Assembly: GCA_937903035.1 (NCBI GenBank)
Contig: CALCZP010000008.1
Coordinates: forward strand, 21,551-85,550
DNA from: an uncultured bacterium
GTDB taxonomy: Bacteria; Patescibacteriota; Minisyncoccia; Phycocordibacterales; UBA9973
DNA length: 64,000 bases
Direction: 5' to 3'
The notes under the pieces were generated by a model. The model was given only the letters and a program-made list of their open reading frames with translations, had not been told where the DNA came from and did not search any database. Numbering within the stretch: position 1 is the first letter of the stretch; each line of letters starts with the position of its first letter. The position numbers were made by a program, and so were the translations under genes. Shown piece by piece: positions 1-9,052 of this stretch.

Positions 1-242
1 AGCTCAAGGAAGAAGAGGAGGCGAGTAAATATGCCGGTGATCGCAAAAATCAGATTGGTACCGCTGATCGTAGTGAGAAAATCCGTACCTACAACTTTCC
101 GCAGGATCGGGTGACAGATCATCGTATTCGTCAGAACTTCTCAAATATCGAAGGGCTCATGATGGGCAAGATCGACAAGATTATTGATGCGCTCAAGAGT
201 GGTGAGCGTGCAGATGATGCTGGTGAGGATGACGACGAGTAG
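1..242 (+). CDS. Peptide chain release factor (class I, PrfA/PrfB), C-terminal fragment; 5' end outside window
   Basis: Frame starting at nt 3 translates ...[22 protein letters not shown]...; the [18 protein letters not shown] block is the conserved RF1/RF2 C-terminal motif; stop TAG at 240-242. Confidence 0.8.
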   Translation, partial: LKEEEEASKYAGDRKNQIGTADRSEKIRTYNFPQDRVTDHRIRQNFSNIEGLMMGKIDKIIDALKSGERADDAGEDDDE

Positions 243-282
243 GTTGAAAAATCCTGGAAATTTGATATAGTAGGCAAGCTTG

Positions 283-356
283 CGTGTATAGTTCAGTGGT
301 AGAACGCTGTCCTGATAAGACAGAGGCCCTTGGTCCGATTCCAAGTACACGCACCA
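283..356 (+). tRNA. tRNA-Ile (anticodon GAT), CCA encoded
   Basis: Cloverleaf read by eye: acceptor GCGTGTA/TACACGC, D-arm GTTC-AGTGGTA-GAAC, anticodon stem CTGTC/GACAG with loop CTGATAA, T-arm CTTGG-TCCGATT-CCAAG, discriminator A + CCA. Confidence 0.85.
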
Positions 357-357
357 T

Positions 358-1050
358 ATGATTCTCTCAATTGTTGCTACTCCTATTGGCAACCTCGCTG
401 ATAGTTCAGCTCGTGCAGTCGACGTTCTCTCAAAGGCGACACTTGTTATTGCTGAGGATACTCGTACGACAGGGCAGCTGTTGAAACTTCTTGGTGTGGA
501 AGGCAAAAAAGACTTTATTTCAAGTCATGCCCAGTCGAGCGAGGGTGCACTGCATAAGGCACTTGAGCGATGTCAGAAGCATGAGCATATTGCACTCGTG
601 ACTGATGCTGGAACACCTGCTATTTCTGATCCTGGATCGTATTTTGTTAGTGAGTTTCGGAAATCATACCCAGATGCGACTATTGTGCCAATTCCCGGCC
701 CATCAGCGGTTATTGCGGCACTTTCAGTCTCAGGGTTTCCAGCGTCTCATTTTGAATTCATGGGATTTGTCCCGCACAAAAAAGGTCGTCAGACACTCTT
801 TGCAGACATTGCTGCAACCGAGCATTGTGTGATCCTCTATGAGTCACCACACCGCATTTTGAAAACATTAGAATCCCTTGCAGTATCACTCGGTGAGCGT
901 GTCATTATGATAGGGCGTGAAATGACCAAGGCGTTTGAAGAGTACCCAGTGGGAACCGCACAAGAACTTTTGACATACTACACACAGCATCCAGACAAGG
1001 TTCGGGGTGAGTTTGTGATTGTGATCGCACCGCTGTCATATACCCAATAA
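358..1050 (+). CDS. rsmI: 16S rRNA (cytidine1402-2'-O)-methyltransferase RsmI (tetrapyrrole-methylase fold)
   Basis: N-terminal LSIVATPIGNLADSS...LVIAEDTRTTGQLL and overall 230 aa fit the RsmI family. Confidence 0.8.
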   Translation: MILSIVATPIGNLADSSARAVDVLSKATLVIAEDTRTTGQLLKLLGVEGKKDFISSHAQSSEGALHKALERCQKHEHIALVTDAGTPAISDPGSYFVSEFRKSYPDATIVPIPGPSAVIAALSVSGFPASHFEFMGFVPHKKGRQTLFADIAATEHCVILYESPHRILKTLESLAVSLGERVIMIGREMTKAFEEYPVGTAQELLTYYTQHPDKVRGEFVIVIAPLSYTQ

Positions 1051-1051
1051 T

Positions 1052-1294
1052 TTGGTATACTGGCATCCTATGATACGCAAATTACGGATCCTCTTTTGGA
1101 TAGGCATTGTACTCCTTTTTGTTCCATTTTTTGGTATCCACTCCTCATGGAAAAGTATCCTTACGGTACTGATTGGTGTTGGTATTGTCTATCTCTCGCT
1201 TAGTATTCGCAAAGACTACAAGATCATCAAATTCAAGCTCAAGCGTTTTGAAGAACCGCAAGTACAGCCAGAAATTCATACCACAACAGCATGA
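1052..1294 (+). CDS. Small hypothetical membrane protein (80 aa, 2 predicted TM)
   Basis: ORF only; hydrophobic stretches; tightly packed between rsmI and ctpA. Confidence 0.4.
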   Translation: MVYWHPMIRKLRILFWIGIVLLFVPFFGIHSSWKSILTVLIGVGIVYLSLSIRKDYKIIKFKLKRFEEPQVQPEIHTTTA

Positions 1295-2520
1295 GTCATC
1301 ACGAGGACACTTCACATCTCAAGACAGGTAAGAAAGTCATCATTGGCGTTATTTTTGTCGTAGCAGCATTTTTCTGTGGCGTGTCTGTTGGATATCAAAA
1401 CCGCCCTGCAATGGCGCAAATCGTAGATGTTGTGCACAAGGAAAGTCCAATAGTGAGCACTAGCAATGCTGACTTTAATACCTTCTGGAAAGCGTGGCAG
1501 ACGATTGATCAGAAGTTTCCTGGTGCTGACAAGATAAGCTCTACTGATCGGGTCTATGGGGCTATTAAGGGTTTGACAGAGTCATTTGGTGATCCGTACA
1601 CGATGTTTTTCCCGCCGGTTGAAAGTAAAATCTTTGAGAGTGAGATTGCAGGAGGGTTTGATGGCATTGGTGTTGAAATTGGAAAAAAAGATGGCATTCT
1701 AACCGTGATTGCACCACTCAAAGACACTCCAGGTGAAAAAGCTGGCATTAAGTCAGGTGACAAAATCGTCAAGATTGATGATACTGTTACTACTGATTTT
1801 TCTGTTGACAGGGCAATTGATTTGATTCGTGGCAAAGCTGGTACAACAGTGAAGCTCACGGTGATTCGTGAGGGATTGACTGAGCCCAAAGTTATTTCTG
1901 TTGTTCGTGGTCATATTGAACTTCCGACTATTAAGACTGAGGACCGGCCAAATGATGATGCGTATGTGATCCATTTGTACAACTTTTCTGCACAGTCAGC
2001 ACGACTCTTTCATGACGCAATGCTGAGCTATATCGCATCTGGACGCAAAAACCTCCTTCTTGATCTTCGTGGTAATCCTGGCGGCTATCTCGACGCTGCC
2101 GCTTCAATGGGAAGCTTGTTCATCTCTGAAGGAAAGGTTATTGTCAAAGAGATTGGTAAAACGCCTGATGATGTATCATCGCACAACAGTACTGGTCCCG
2201 TTCTATTCCCAAAGGGTTCAAAGCTCATCATTCTTGCTGATAAAGGCTCTGCATCAGCGTCAGAGATTCTCGCAGGTGCACTCGTTGATCATGGTATTGG
2301 CATTCTGGTAGGTGAGCAGACCTTTGGTAAGGGTTCGGTACAAGAAGTCGTAAAGCTTACCCCTGATACATCACTAAAGGTTACTGTTGCTAAATGGTAT
2401 ACTCCAAATGGTATTTCAATCTCTGAGAAAGGTCTCACCCCATCTATTGTGATTCATCAAGCAACAAGTGGTACAGTAGATACGCAACTCGAAGACGCGA
2501 TCAAACTTTTTAAACAATAA
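1291..2520 (+). CDS. ctpA: Carboxyl-terminal processing protease (peptidase S41, PDZ domain)
   Basis: PDZ-like GIGVEIGKKDGILTVIAPLKDTPGEKAGIKSGDKIVKIDD; S41 catalytic region LLLDLRGNPGGYL and KGSASASEILAGAL. Confidence 0.85.
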   Translation: MSHHEDTSHLKTGKKVIIGVIFVVAAFFCGVSVGYQNRPAMAQIVDVVHKESPIVSTSNADFNTFWKAWQTIDQKFPGADKISSTDRVYGAIKGLTESFGDPYTMFFPPVESKIFESEIAGGFDGIGVEIGKKDGILTVIAPLKDTPGEKAGIKSGDKIVKIDDTVTTDFSVDRAIDLIRGKAGTTVKLTVIREGLTEPKVISVVRGHIELPTIKTEDRPNDDAYVIHLYNFSAQSARLFHDAMLSYIASGRKNLLLDLRGNPGGYLDAAASMGSLFISEGKVIVKEIGKTPDDVSSHNSTGPVLFPKGSKLIILADKGSASASEILAGALVDHGIGILVGEQTFGKGSVQEVVKLTPDTSLKVTVAKWYTPNGISISEKGLTPSIVIHQATSGTVDTQLEDAIKLFKQ

Positions 2521-2524
2521 TTCT

Positions 2525-2971
2525 ATGAAAGTCATTCTCACCAAATCAGTTCCAAAGCTCGGCAAGACCAACGATGTTATCGATGTTCCTGATGGCTACG
2601 CCGCAAATGCACTATTTCCAAAACGTCTTGCAGTACCTGCAACACCTGCTGCACTAGCGACCCTTGCACAGAAACAAAAAAATGCGATTACTGCCAAACA
2701 AATTCAGCATGACTTATTGGATCGGGCAGTACAGTCACTTGAAGGCCAAACTCTTGTCTATGCTACAAAAGCGAATGACAAAGGGAGTCTCTTTTCGAAA
2801 GTTGACGAGGTTGATGTTGCTCGCGAGCTCATGGAGAAACACCGTATTTCGATTGATAGTAAATGTATAACTATTCGTGAAGGTGTGATCAAACACACTG
2901 GTACTTATAGCGTAGATATTACTGATGGTTCATTTAAATCCGCTATTACTTTGCGTGTTGTTGCAGCATAG
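2525..2971 (+). CDS. rplI: 50S ribosomal protein L9
   Basis: MKVILTKSVPKLGKTNDVIDVPDGYAANALFP... aligns with the L9 N-terminal domain; 148 aa. Confidence 0.85.
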   Translation: MKVILTKSVPKLGKTNDVIDVPDGYAANALFPKRLAVPATPAALATLAQKQKNAITAKQIQHDLLDRAVQSLEGQTLVYATKANDKGSLFSKVDEVDVARELMEKHRISIDSKCITIREGVIKHTGTYSVDITDGSFKSAITLRVVAA

Positions 2972-2984
2972 CTTTTACAGTAAA

Positions 2985-3018
2985 TAAAAAATCCTCTCAA
3001 ATGAGAGGATTTTTTATT
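2985..3018. terminator. Bidirectional rho-independent terminator between rplI (+) and rpmA (-)
   Basis: A-run, hairpin ATCCTCTCAaatgAGAGGAT, T-run. Confidence 0.6.
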
Positions 3019-3290
3019 TAGATAATGTTTGCAGCTTTGCGAGTAGTCTTGGTGCCATCAAAGTTGAGCTTGCGCTTTTGGCTGAACTTCACTGTACCAT
3101 CCTTGAGTGCGTAGAGGGTATGGTCTTTACCGATACCAACTGATACACCAGGAAGGATCTTGGTGCCACGCTGACGAACGATAATAGATCCAGCAAGCGC
3201 CTTCTGACCATCGTAGAGTTTTGTACCCAAATACTGCGCATTTGAGTCGCTGATGTTTTTTACTGCTCCTTGTGCTTTCTTATGTGCCAT
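3018..3290 (-). CDS. rpmA: 50S ribosomal protein L27 (start taken at internal ATG giving MAHKKAQG...; ORF track extends to a TTG at 3329)
   Basis: [12 protein letters not shown]...[13 protein letters not shown]...[18 protein letters not shown] is canonical L27; a sigma-70-like promoter sits inside the putative N-terminal extension. Confidence 0.8.
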   Translation of the reverse strand: MAHKKAQGAVKNISDSNAQYLGTKLYDGQKALAGSIIVRQRGTKILPGVSVGIGKDHTLYALKDGTVKFSQKRKLNFDGTKTTRKAANII

Positions 3291-3300
3291 AGTACCGACA

Positions 3301-3329
3301 ATAGTATCCCAAGCAGGCTTTTCTGTCAA
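3301..3329 (-). promoter_or_regulatory. Candidate sigma-70 promoter for rpmA (TTGACA-17-TACTAT), very short leader
   Basis: Minus strand reads TTGACA gaaaagcctgcttggga TACTAT tgtcggtact ATG. Confidence 0.45.
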
Positions 3330-3354
3330 TCCGTAACGAGCTATACTCAGAGGA

Positions 3355-3744
3355 GTGGAATCCTTTATTTCAAAGCATTATACAAGCCTTTTTGTAGGTT
3401 TTTTGGCTATATTTGGGTGTCTGGCATTCTACGCAGGGTATTTGCACGCAAATACTCCTTCAGGGGGTGGAAACGGTGCTGTAATGTTTTCATGCTCTGA
3501 GGCTGTACTCTCCAAGCTCAGCATTCCTACAACTACACTTGCGCAGTCTATAAAATATACAAAAAACAATATAAATAATACGTTGTCAACTGATAGGCAA
3601 GGGGAGTGGGTTGGTTCTAAAAATGGCACTAAATACTATACACCTGGCTGTGCTGGGGCGTCTCGCATTAAAACAGAGAACTATGTCTGGTTTGAATCCG
3701 AAGATGATGCTACAGTCCAAGGGTATAGTCGGGGATCATGTTAA
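3355..3744 (+). CDS. Secreted hypothetical protein (129 aa) with C-terminal Cys...WFxSxxDA..GY...C motif
   Basis: N-terminal hydrophobic signal-like segment; C-terminus [36 protein letters not shown]; overlaps downstream CAP-domain gene by 7 nt (operon). Confidence 0.5.
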   Translation: MESFISKHYTSLFVGFLAIFGCLAFYAGYLHANTPSGGGNGAVMFSCSEAVLSKLSIPTTTLAQSIKYTKNNINNTLSTDRQGEWVGSKNGTKYYTPGCAGASRIKTENYVWFESEDDATVQGYSRGSC

Positions 3745-4619
3745 AGAAACTATTTACTTCAATCGCGGTCTTTATACTTCTCGCTATGGCGGGCAGTCTG
3801 GTGCTTTCACCTGAAAAGGTAAAACCGTATATTGAGAGATTTAAAAATACGATAGCAAATACAGCGGACAAGGCATTGCCAATTGAAATTGTCCCAACAC
3901 TTCCGGTTATCAAAAAAGATCTTGCAGCTCTTGGGATCAAAAAGAAAAATGAAGAGCTTTCAGTTGATGATGTCATTGATGCTACTAATAAAGAGCGTGT
4001 AAAGGCCGGACTTATGCCACTCTCAACCAATCCGAAACTCCTCGCAACTGCAACTAGTAAAAATGCTGACATGATCACGTATCAGTACTTTGAACATACC
4101 TCACCATCGGGCAAGACCGTATCTGACCTTGGTCGGGAAGCAAAGTATGACTATGTGGTCATGGGTGAGAATCTTGCGCTTGGAAACTTTGATAGTGCCG
4201 AAGAACTTCTGAATGCATGGATGAACAGTCCTGGGCACCGTGCCAATATCTTGAATGAAAACTACCAAGAGATTGGTGTCTCGGTGATTAAAGATACCTA
4301 TCAAGGCAAAGAAGTATGGTTTGCGGTCCAGCATTTTGGTACGACACGCGGCGTCTGTCCTATTATTGATACAATGCTCAAGCGTCGTATTGATGTGACG
4401 GCAAGTGAGCTCAAGGTCAAGGAAGCTCAGATTACTGTTCTTCGCAAAGGACTTGAATCTTCTGATCGACCAGAGGGGACTGAGTATCAAGCTCTTGTAA
4501 ATCAGTTCAATAAGCTTATTGGTGAATACAATGCATTGCTCAAGGTATCCCAGGTCGACATTTCAAACTATAATCTGCAAGTCAATTCATTTAATAAATG
4601 TCTGGCACAGTACCAGTAA
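3738..4619 (+). CDS. CAP/SCP (PR-1-like, YkwD-type) domain secreted protein
   Basis: Signal/TM N-terminus; GENLALGNFDSAEELLNAWMNSPGHRANILNENYQEIGV matches the CAP-domain SPGHRxNIL signature. Confidence 0.75.
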   Translation: MLKKLFTSIAVFILLAMAGSLVLSPEKVKPYIERFKNTIANTADKALPIEIVPTLPVIKKDLAALGIKKKNEELSVDDVIDATNKERVKAGLMPLSTNPKLLATATSKNADMITYQYFEHTSPSGKTVSDLGREAKYDYVVMGENLALGNFDSAEELLNAWMNSPGHRANILNENYQEIGVSVIKDTYQGKEVWFAVQHFGTTRGVCPIIDTMLKRRIDVTASELKVKEAQITVLRKGLESSDRPEGTEYQALVNQFNKLIGEYNALLKVSQVDISNYNLQVNSFNKCLAQYQ

Positions 4620-4644
4620 TATAATTTCTGATTGTCGGAGAGAG

Positions 4645-4668
4645 GAGTGGTCAGTACCACTCTTTTTT
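4645..4668 (+). terminator. Rho-independent terminator after CAP-domain gene
   Basis: GAGTGGTcagtACCACTC followed by TTTTTT. Confidence 0.6.
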
Positions 4669-4881
4669 GTTGTCCACTCGACTAGTCTCTCGTAGGAGGA
4701 GGAAACTATACTAACGTCGTACAATATATCTTTTACGACACTATTTAAGTAATATATAATAGGACACGTATAGGCTTGAGGATGCTGTGTAGACGTATCC
4801 TACATCCTCTTCTTAAACCAACATAAAAGCAACTATCAATATGGATGGCTTTTTAGTTTTTCGAATTGCTATACTTACTAT

Positions 4882-5136
4882 ATGATGATACCTCCTGAGA
4901 CCAGAGCTCTTCTCATTAAAAAACTCAAAGAAGGCTTTGATATACGTCATGCGTGTTCGTATGCAAAGGTTAACAGACCAACACTCTATGAATACTACAA
5001 AGTAGATCCTGAATTTAAGATAAAGGTCAACAAAACGATTGATACATTTAATCAGCGTCAAGAAACCAAAGACAAAATGTCAGCGCGACATGTCTTGCGC
5101 AGAGCAAAGCAAGGATTGCGCAATAAGATGAAATAA
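4882..5136 (+). CDS. Small HTH protein (84 aa), terminase-small-subunit/transposase-like HTH
   Basis: GFDIRHACSYAKVNRPTLYEYYKVDPEF resembles the xxEACxxAGVSRSTLYRWxxxDPEF HTH found in phage TerS and IS transposase N-termini; preceded by 260 nt noncoding. Confidence 0.45.
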   Translation: MMIPPETRALLIKKLKEGFDIRHACSYAKVNRPTLYEYYKVDPEFKIKVNKTIDTFNQRQETKDKMSARHVLRRAKQGLRNKMK

Positions 5137-5145
5137 ATGTAATTT

Positions 5146-5670
5146 TTAGCTACGAAGAGATGTTCGGATACGCTCAATTTCCTTTTCGTCCTTCCTCACC
5201 CGCTCCGCTATTCTTTGGTTTGGTGCAGTGATTTGTGTAGTGTTTGAAAGTAATACTGGCTGTTGTACAAGCTTTGTGAGATGCGAGTAGAGTGCTTCTG
5301 CTTTGTACCTAAAGTCATCTCCATCTTTCATAACGAGCAACGTATAGCCTTCATGATGGGCACCAACCTGTTCCGCCATTGTTCCATGGCGCTCCCCTTT
5401 TTCAAGTACTTCCTGCAATAGGAGGCTGTTGTGCCCTGTTTTTTCAAGGAGTGCTTTAAATTCAGATAATGTCTGTACAGTAATAGTGCTATCATCCAGT
5501 GTTCGCTTAAGCTCAGCAATCCTCCTAGGATCACCAGATTCGTTTGTAAGCTGCTCTATGGTATCTATAAGGTCTTTTGCAATCTCATAAGGCAATGCAT
5601 GTTCTTGAGCCTTTTTGAGGAGTAATTCGGGCGAATGTTGCAGTATTTCAAGAGACGAGAAGCGTTCCAT
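5146..5670 (-). CDS. Hypothetical protein (174 aa)
   Basis: ORF only; no motif recognised. Confidence 0.45.
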   Translation of the reverse strand: MERFSSLEILQHSPELLLKKAQEHALPYEIAKDLIDTIEQLTNESGDPRRIAELKRTLDDSTITVQTLSEFKALLEKTGHNSLLLQEVLEKGERHGTMAEQVGAHHEGYTLLVMKDGDDFRYKAEALYSHLTKLVQQPVLLSNTTQITAPNQRIAERVRKDEKEIERIRTSLRS

Positions 5671-5730
5671 ACTGAGAGTATACCCCCTTTTGTATTCTTA
5701 ACAGATACTATTTGTATATCAAACAAAAAA

Positions 5731-5756
5731 GCATTAACGTGTGGTTCGTTAATGCT
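5731..5756 (-). terminator. Hairpin terminator downstream of the 5767-6624 gene
   Basis: GCATTAACGtgtggttCGTTAATGC flanked by A-run/T-run. Confidence 0.55.
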
Positions 5757-5766
5757 TTTAGACTTT

Positions 5767-6624
5767 TCATTTTTTGATACTAAAATCATACAGTTTTTGG
5801 CCAGTGCGGTATGCTTCGTCGTTGCCATTATAGGCAAAGGCATATTCGCCTGACTTCATTTCGCCTGGAATGATTTCAAATGCACCATTCGCAAGCTTTT
5901 TTACTGTTGTACCTTTTACCTGATCATCATCATCAATAATAGAAAGTGATGATAAGCTGCTTTTCTTGCCAACTACCAGTTCACGCTCTTTCTTTTTCTT
6001 ATCAAGTTTGACGATACAAAGCTCTTTCGTAAGAATTTCTTTTGCCCTGAAATACAGGTTATCATACTTCCTTCGATCATCAGGATCAGATGAAATCCAT
6101 AAATAAAACTTTGGTGCAGTAGAAAACTGAGTCGATGATTCAGGATGATCAACAGTGATAACATACTTTGCTTTTGCTACTGCAGATATTGCAGCAAGAC
6201 CACGGACCACATCAGCTTTTGATGATTCATTCTGTTGAAATTTCGTAACTGTTCCATCAGTAGTTTGATAGTAAACACCGGAGCCACCTTTTTTGAATGC
6301 CACAAGAAGGGGATCTGTTTCTACGGGTGCAGCTTCTGGTACTGATGTTTTCTTAACCATTTCTTCTACTACCTCATCAAGCACTCCTTCTTTTTTAAGC
6401 TGAGTGAGTGCCTGCATATCAGTGGTAAATTTACCAACTGAATTAGTAATTTTTGTTTTAATCAGACTCGCATTCCAGCCCTGTTTTGTGAGCTCGATTA
6501 CTTTTTGATTTGTCATGGTGTCTTTTTGTGCACTTGCAATTGAAGTCGCACAAAACAATGTCAAAATCAATACGATGATAGTACTGTACGTTTTCATGTT
6601 TTTAACTTTTTGGTTTAAAAACAT
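5767..6624 (-). CDS. Secreted/lipoprotein-like hypothetical protein (285 aa)
   Basis: N-terminal signal peptide MKTYSTIIVLILTLFCATSIASA; no catalytic motif recognised. Confidence 0.5.
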   Translation of the reverse strand: MFLNQKVKNMKTYSTIIVLILTLFCATSIASAQKDTMTNQKVIELTKQGWNASLIKTKITNSVGKFTTDMQALTQLKKEGVLDEVVEEMVKKTSVPEAAPVETDPLLVAFKKGGSGVYYQTTDGTVTKFQQNESSKADVVRGLAAISAVAKAKYVITVDHPESSTQFSTAPKFYLWISSDPDDRRKYDNLYFRAKEILTKELCIVKLDKKKKERELVVGKKSSLSSLSIIDDDDQVKGTTVKKLANGAFEIIPGEMKSGEYAFAYNGNDEAYRTGQKLYDFSIKK

Positions 6625-6661
6625 AATACTATACCAAGATAGTATGTCAACTTCTTGTTCC

Positions 6662-7654
6662 CTACTGAGCTAAGAGAAGCTCTATTATTTTTGCTTGAGT
6701 GACTGCGCCCGCAATCCCAGTAACGATAAGGTTAGTATCTTTTTGGAATCGTTTGACAGCATCTACGGTGCTCTTACCATAGACACCATCAGCTTTAAGA
6801 TTTAGCTTTAGGAGTGTATTGAGATTTGTTTGAAGTAGTTTAACATCAGCCCCCTTAAGTCCTGCTTTCAAAATACGATTTGGAATTGTTGTTGTGGTAG
6901 AAGGTATAGTCTTTGATTCTGTTTTTTGTTCAGTGACTACGGGCTTTGGTGGGATTTCAGTGGTATCAGAGACTTTTTCTGCAACAACAGCTTCTTTTGC
7001 TTGTGCAACGTATTCTTGTTGAATTTTTTTGAGGATTGTACTGTCTTTAACTGCACTTGCGATGATTTGTTTGGCACCGTTGGTACGCTCTACAAAAGTG
7101 AACTCCTGTTTCAATCTAGTAAATGGATTGATAGGTGCTGTTGTTACATTTTTGTAGATACCAAAATGTAAATGTGCTTTGCCACCTTCCCCATTTCCTG
7201 TGCTGCCAACATATCCAATAATATCCCCTGCTTTGATTGTTGAGCCAACTTTGATTGTTGGTGCCACACTATCTAAATGTGCATAGTAGTATTTTTCATC
7301 GCCAGGATTTGCAGTAAAAACATAGTTGCCGCCATATCCTTGAAATCCAACTCCGAGTACTACGGCTTCAGTCGGACTCGCCACTGGTGTACCAGTGGGT
7401 GCAATAATATCGATACCTTCATGCGTTCTCCCGCCAGAACGAGCTTGTGACCAGGTATCCTTGAGGTCTGAAACAGTGACGCCAAACATAACGGGGATTT
7501 TAAGCTCAGTAACTGCAGTCGTAGCAAGCTTGTCCATCTTTGCATGAAGTGCAGGGGTTAGATAATAGTACGCTGCATGTACAGGTGTAGTAGGTAAAAG
7601 CAGTATTCCAAAAACAACACTACCTCCTATAAAAAATAAATTACTTATTCGCAT
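6662..7654 (-). CDS. Peptidase M23 (LytM-type) with C-terminal peptidoglycan-binding domain; start placed at MRISNLFF...
   Basis: HEGIDIIAPTGTPV...GYVGSTGNGEGGKAHLHFGIY (M23 HxxxD/HxH motifs); C-terminal LLQTNLNTLLKLNLKADGVYGKSTVDAVKRFQ (PG_binding_1-like); signal peptide after chosen start. Confidence 0.8.
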   Translation of the reverse strand: MRISNLFFIGGSVVFGILLLPTTPVHAAYYYLTPALHAKMDKLATTAVTELKIPVMFGVTVSDLKDTWSQARSGGRTHEGIDIIAPTGTPVASPTEAVVLGVGFQGYGGNYVFTANPGDEKYYYAHLDSVAPTIKVGSTIKAGDIIGYVGSTGNGEGGKAHLHFGIYKNVTTAPINPFTRLKQEFTFVERTNGAKQIIASAVKDSTILKKIQQEYVAQAKEAVVAEKVSDTTEIPPKPVVTEQKTESKTIPSTTTTIPNRILKAGLKGADVKLLQTNLNTLLKLNLKADGVYGKSTVDAVKRFQKDTNLIVTGIAGAVTQAKIIELLLAQ

Positions 7655-8150
7655 ATTGTCGAGTAAATGACATAAGTGATCCATCCTTGAGTACAAGATG
7701 AAGCTCATTTTGATCGATATTATATGAGTTAGTTTGGAGCAGTGCCGACTTGTAGCTTTTTTCAACGGAATCTGTTGGGCACGTTTTTGTATCACTTTGA
7801 GTAAATGCAACCAGTGAGAGATCAGATGAGTTGTCGGTAGTGAAACTGCCAATATATGTACCACAGTCAGTTGTCGCGACAACTTTTGTTGTGGTATCAA
7901 ATGCCAAGAGATAATCAGAAGGCTCATCAGGAGTCACCGTACTTCCATTGGGAAGCTTGGTATATTTCCATGCCCATGCAGAATCCTGTACGACTTTGTC
8001 ATCAGGTGCTGTAGTGATATCTGGTAGAACTGTCGTACCTGTTGTACGAACTTCAGGTGCTTTATAGTCACTTGGCCAAGTAAAGTAGACGAATGCACTA
8101 ATACCCAATAGTACGAGTGTTATGAGAATGATCCAGCTGTTTTTATGCAT
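7641..8150 (-). CDS. Secreted hypothetical protein (169 aa)
   Basis: N-terminal TM/signal; overlaps M23 start by 14 nt (operon). Confidence 0.5.
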   Translation of the reverse strand: MHKNSWIILITLVLLGISAFVYFTWPSDYKAPEVRTTGTTVLPDITTAPDDKVVQDSAWAWKYTKLPNGSTVTPDEPSDYLLAFDTTTKVVATTDCGTYIGSFTTDNSSDLSLVAFTQSDTKTCPTDSVEKSYKSALLQTNSYNIDQNELHLVLKDGSLMSFTRQYANK

Positions 8151-8174
8151 ATGAGTAGTATATAGTATTGCGAC

Positions 8175-8468
8175 TTATTGAGTGATTGTTTGACCTTCCT
8201 GGACGGTAGTAGTAGTTGTGCTTGTGTGAGTTGATGAGCCGCCAGTTTGGACAGTACTTGTACTGCTATGTGATGACGGGCTTACAGTGCGAACTGTTTC
8301 CGTATATATCGGCACTGATCGTGTAGATCTGACGAAGTATCCCCTTCGCCATGGAGCAGCATACAAGAGTGCGATCACTACAACGATAATAATAACTACG
8401 GTCAGGATTGCTTTATCTGTTGCGTCATTCATATAGTAAGGACGACTGAGTATACTAATGCTTACCAT
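8175..8468 (-). CDS. Small membrane protein with Ser/Thr-rich tail (97 aa)
   Basis: ORF with one TM and low-complexity S/T-rich C-terminus. Confidence 0.4.
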   Translation of the reverse strand: MVSISILSRPYYMNDATDKAILTVVIIIVVVIALLYAAPWRRGYFVRSTRSVPIYTETVRTVSPSSHSSTSTVQTGGSSTHTSTTTTTVQEGQTITQ

Positions 8469-8491
8469 TGACTCCTCACAGCTACTGTCTC

Positions 8492-9049
8492 TTAGTATTT
8501 ACGCATCACCCCGCGAACAATAGCTACAATCGTAAGTTCGTGCTCTGGATAAATTGGTTTAAAGTTCTTGTTTGCTGGCTCAAGCCATACCTTTCCATTT
8601 TTTGTACAAAAATATTTCATGGTGAATTCCCCATCAACATTTGCAATTACAATATCCCCTTGTCTTGCGCTACTAGTACGCTCTGCAATCACAATATCGC
8701 CGTTGGCAATATGCGCATCAATCATGGAGTCGCCATCAACTTCAAATAAATACGTTGATTCACGCTTACGCACGAGATAACTCTCAATATTGAGCGTATC
8801 ATCTACAGCCTCACCTGGTGCTGGGAGACCAGCTTTGACCGAACCAAGTAGTGGTATTTCATCAAACAGGCTGGTGGGGATGAGTTTACCAAGTTTGTCT
8901 TTGGTCACCACACCTGCCTCAACAAGCTTTTCAATCACCCGAGCAACAGCATTTTTTGACTTGAAACCAAAAAGCGAAAGCATCTCCGAGTATGTCGGCA
9001 TACGCTTGCGAGATTGATAGAATGAGATTAATTTTTCTTGGTAATCCAT
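8492..9049 (-). CDS. lexA: LexA repressor (SOS regulator, S24 peptidase)
   Basis: N-terminal wHTH, cleavage-site region VKAGLPAPGE, catalytic FEVDGDSMIDAHIANGDIVI and ...FTMKYF (Ser/Lys dyad). Confidence 0.85.
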   Translation of the reverse strand: MDYQEKLISFYQSRKRMPTYSEMLSLFGFKSKNAVARVIEKLVEAGVVTKDKLGKLIPTSLFDEIPLLGSVKAGLPAPGEAVDDTLNIESYLVRKRESTYLFEVDGDSMIDAHIANGDIVIAERTSSARQGDIVIANVDGEFTMKYFCTKNGKVWLEPANKNFKPIYPEHELTIVAIVRGVMRKY

Positions 9050-9052
9050 GAT

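Noticed and set aside
3291-3329. 13-aa N-terminal extension on L27 as a Prp-cleaved propeptide (Firmicutes-style)
   Set aside because: It requires a TTG start, no prp gene is nearby, and the extension coincides with a consensus promoter; an internal ATG start is more parsimonious
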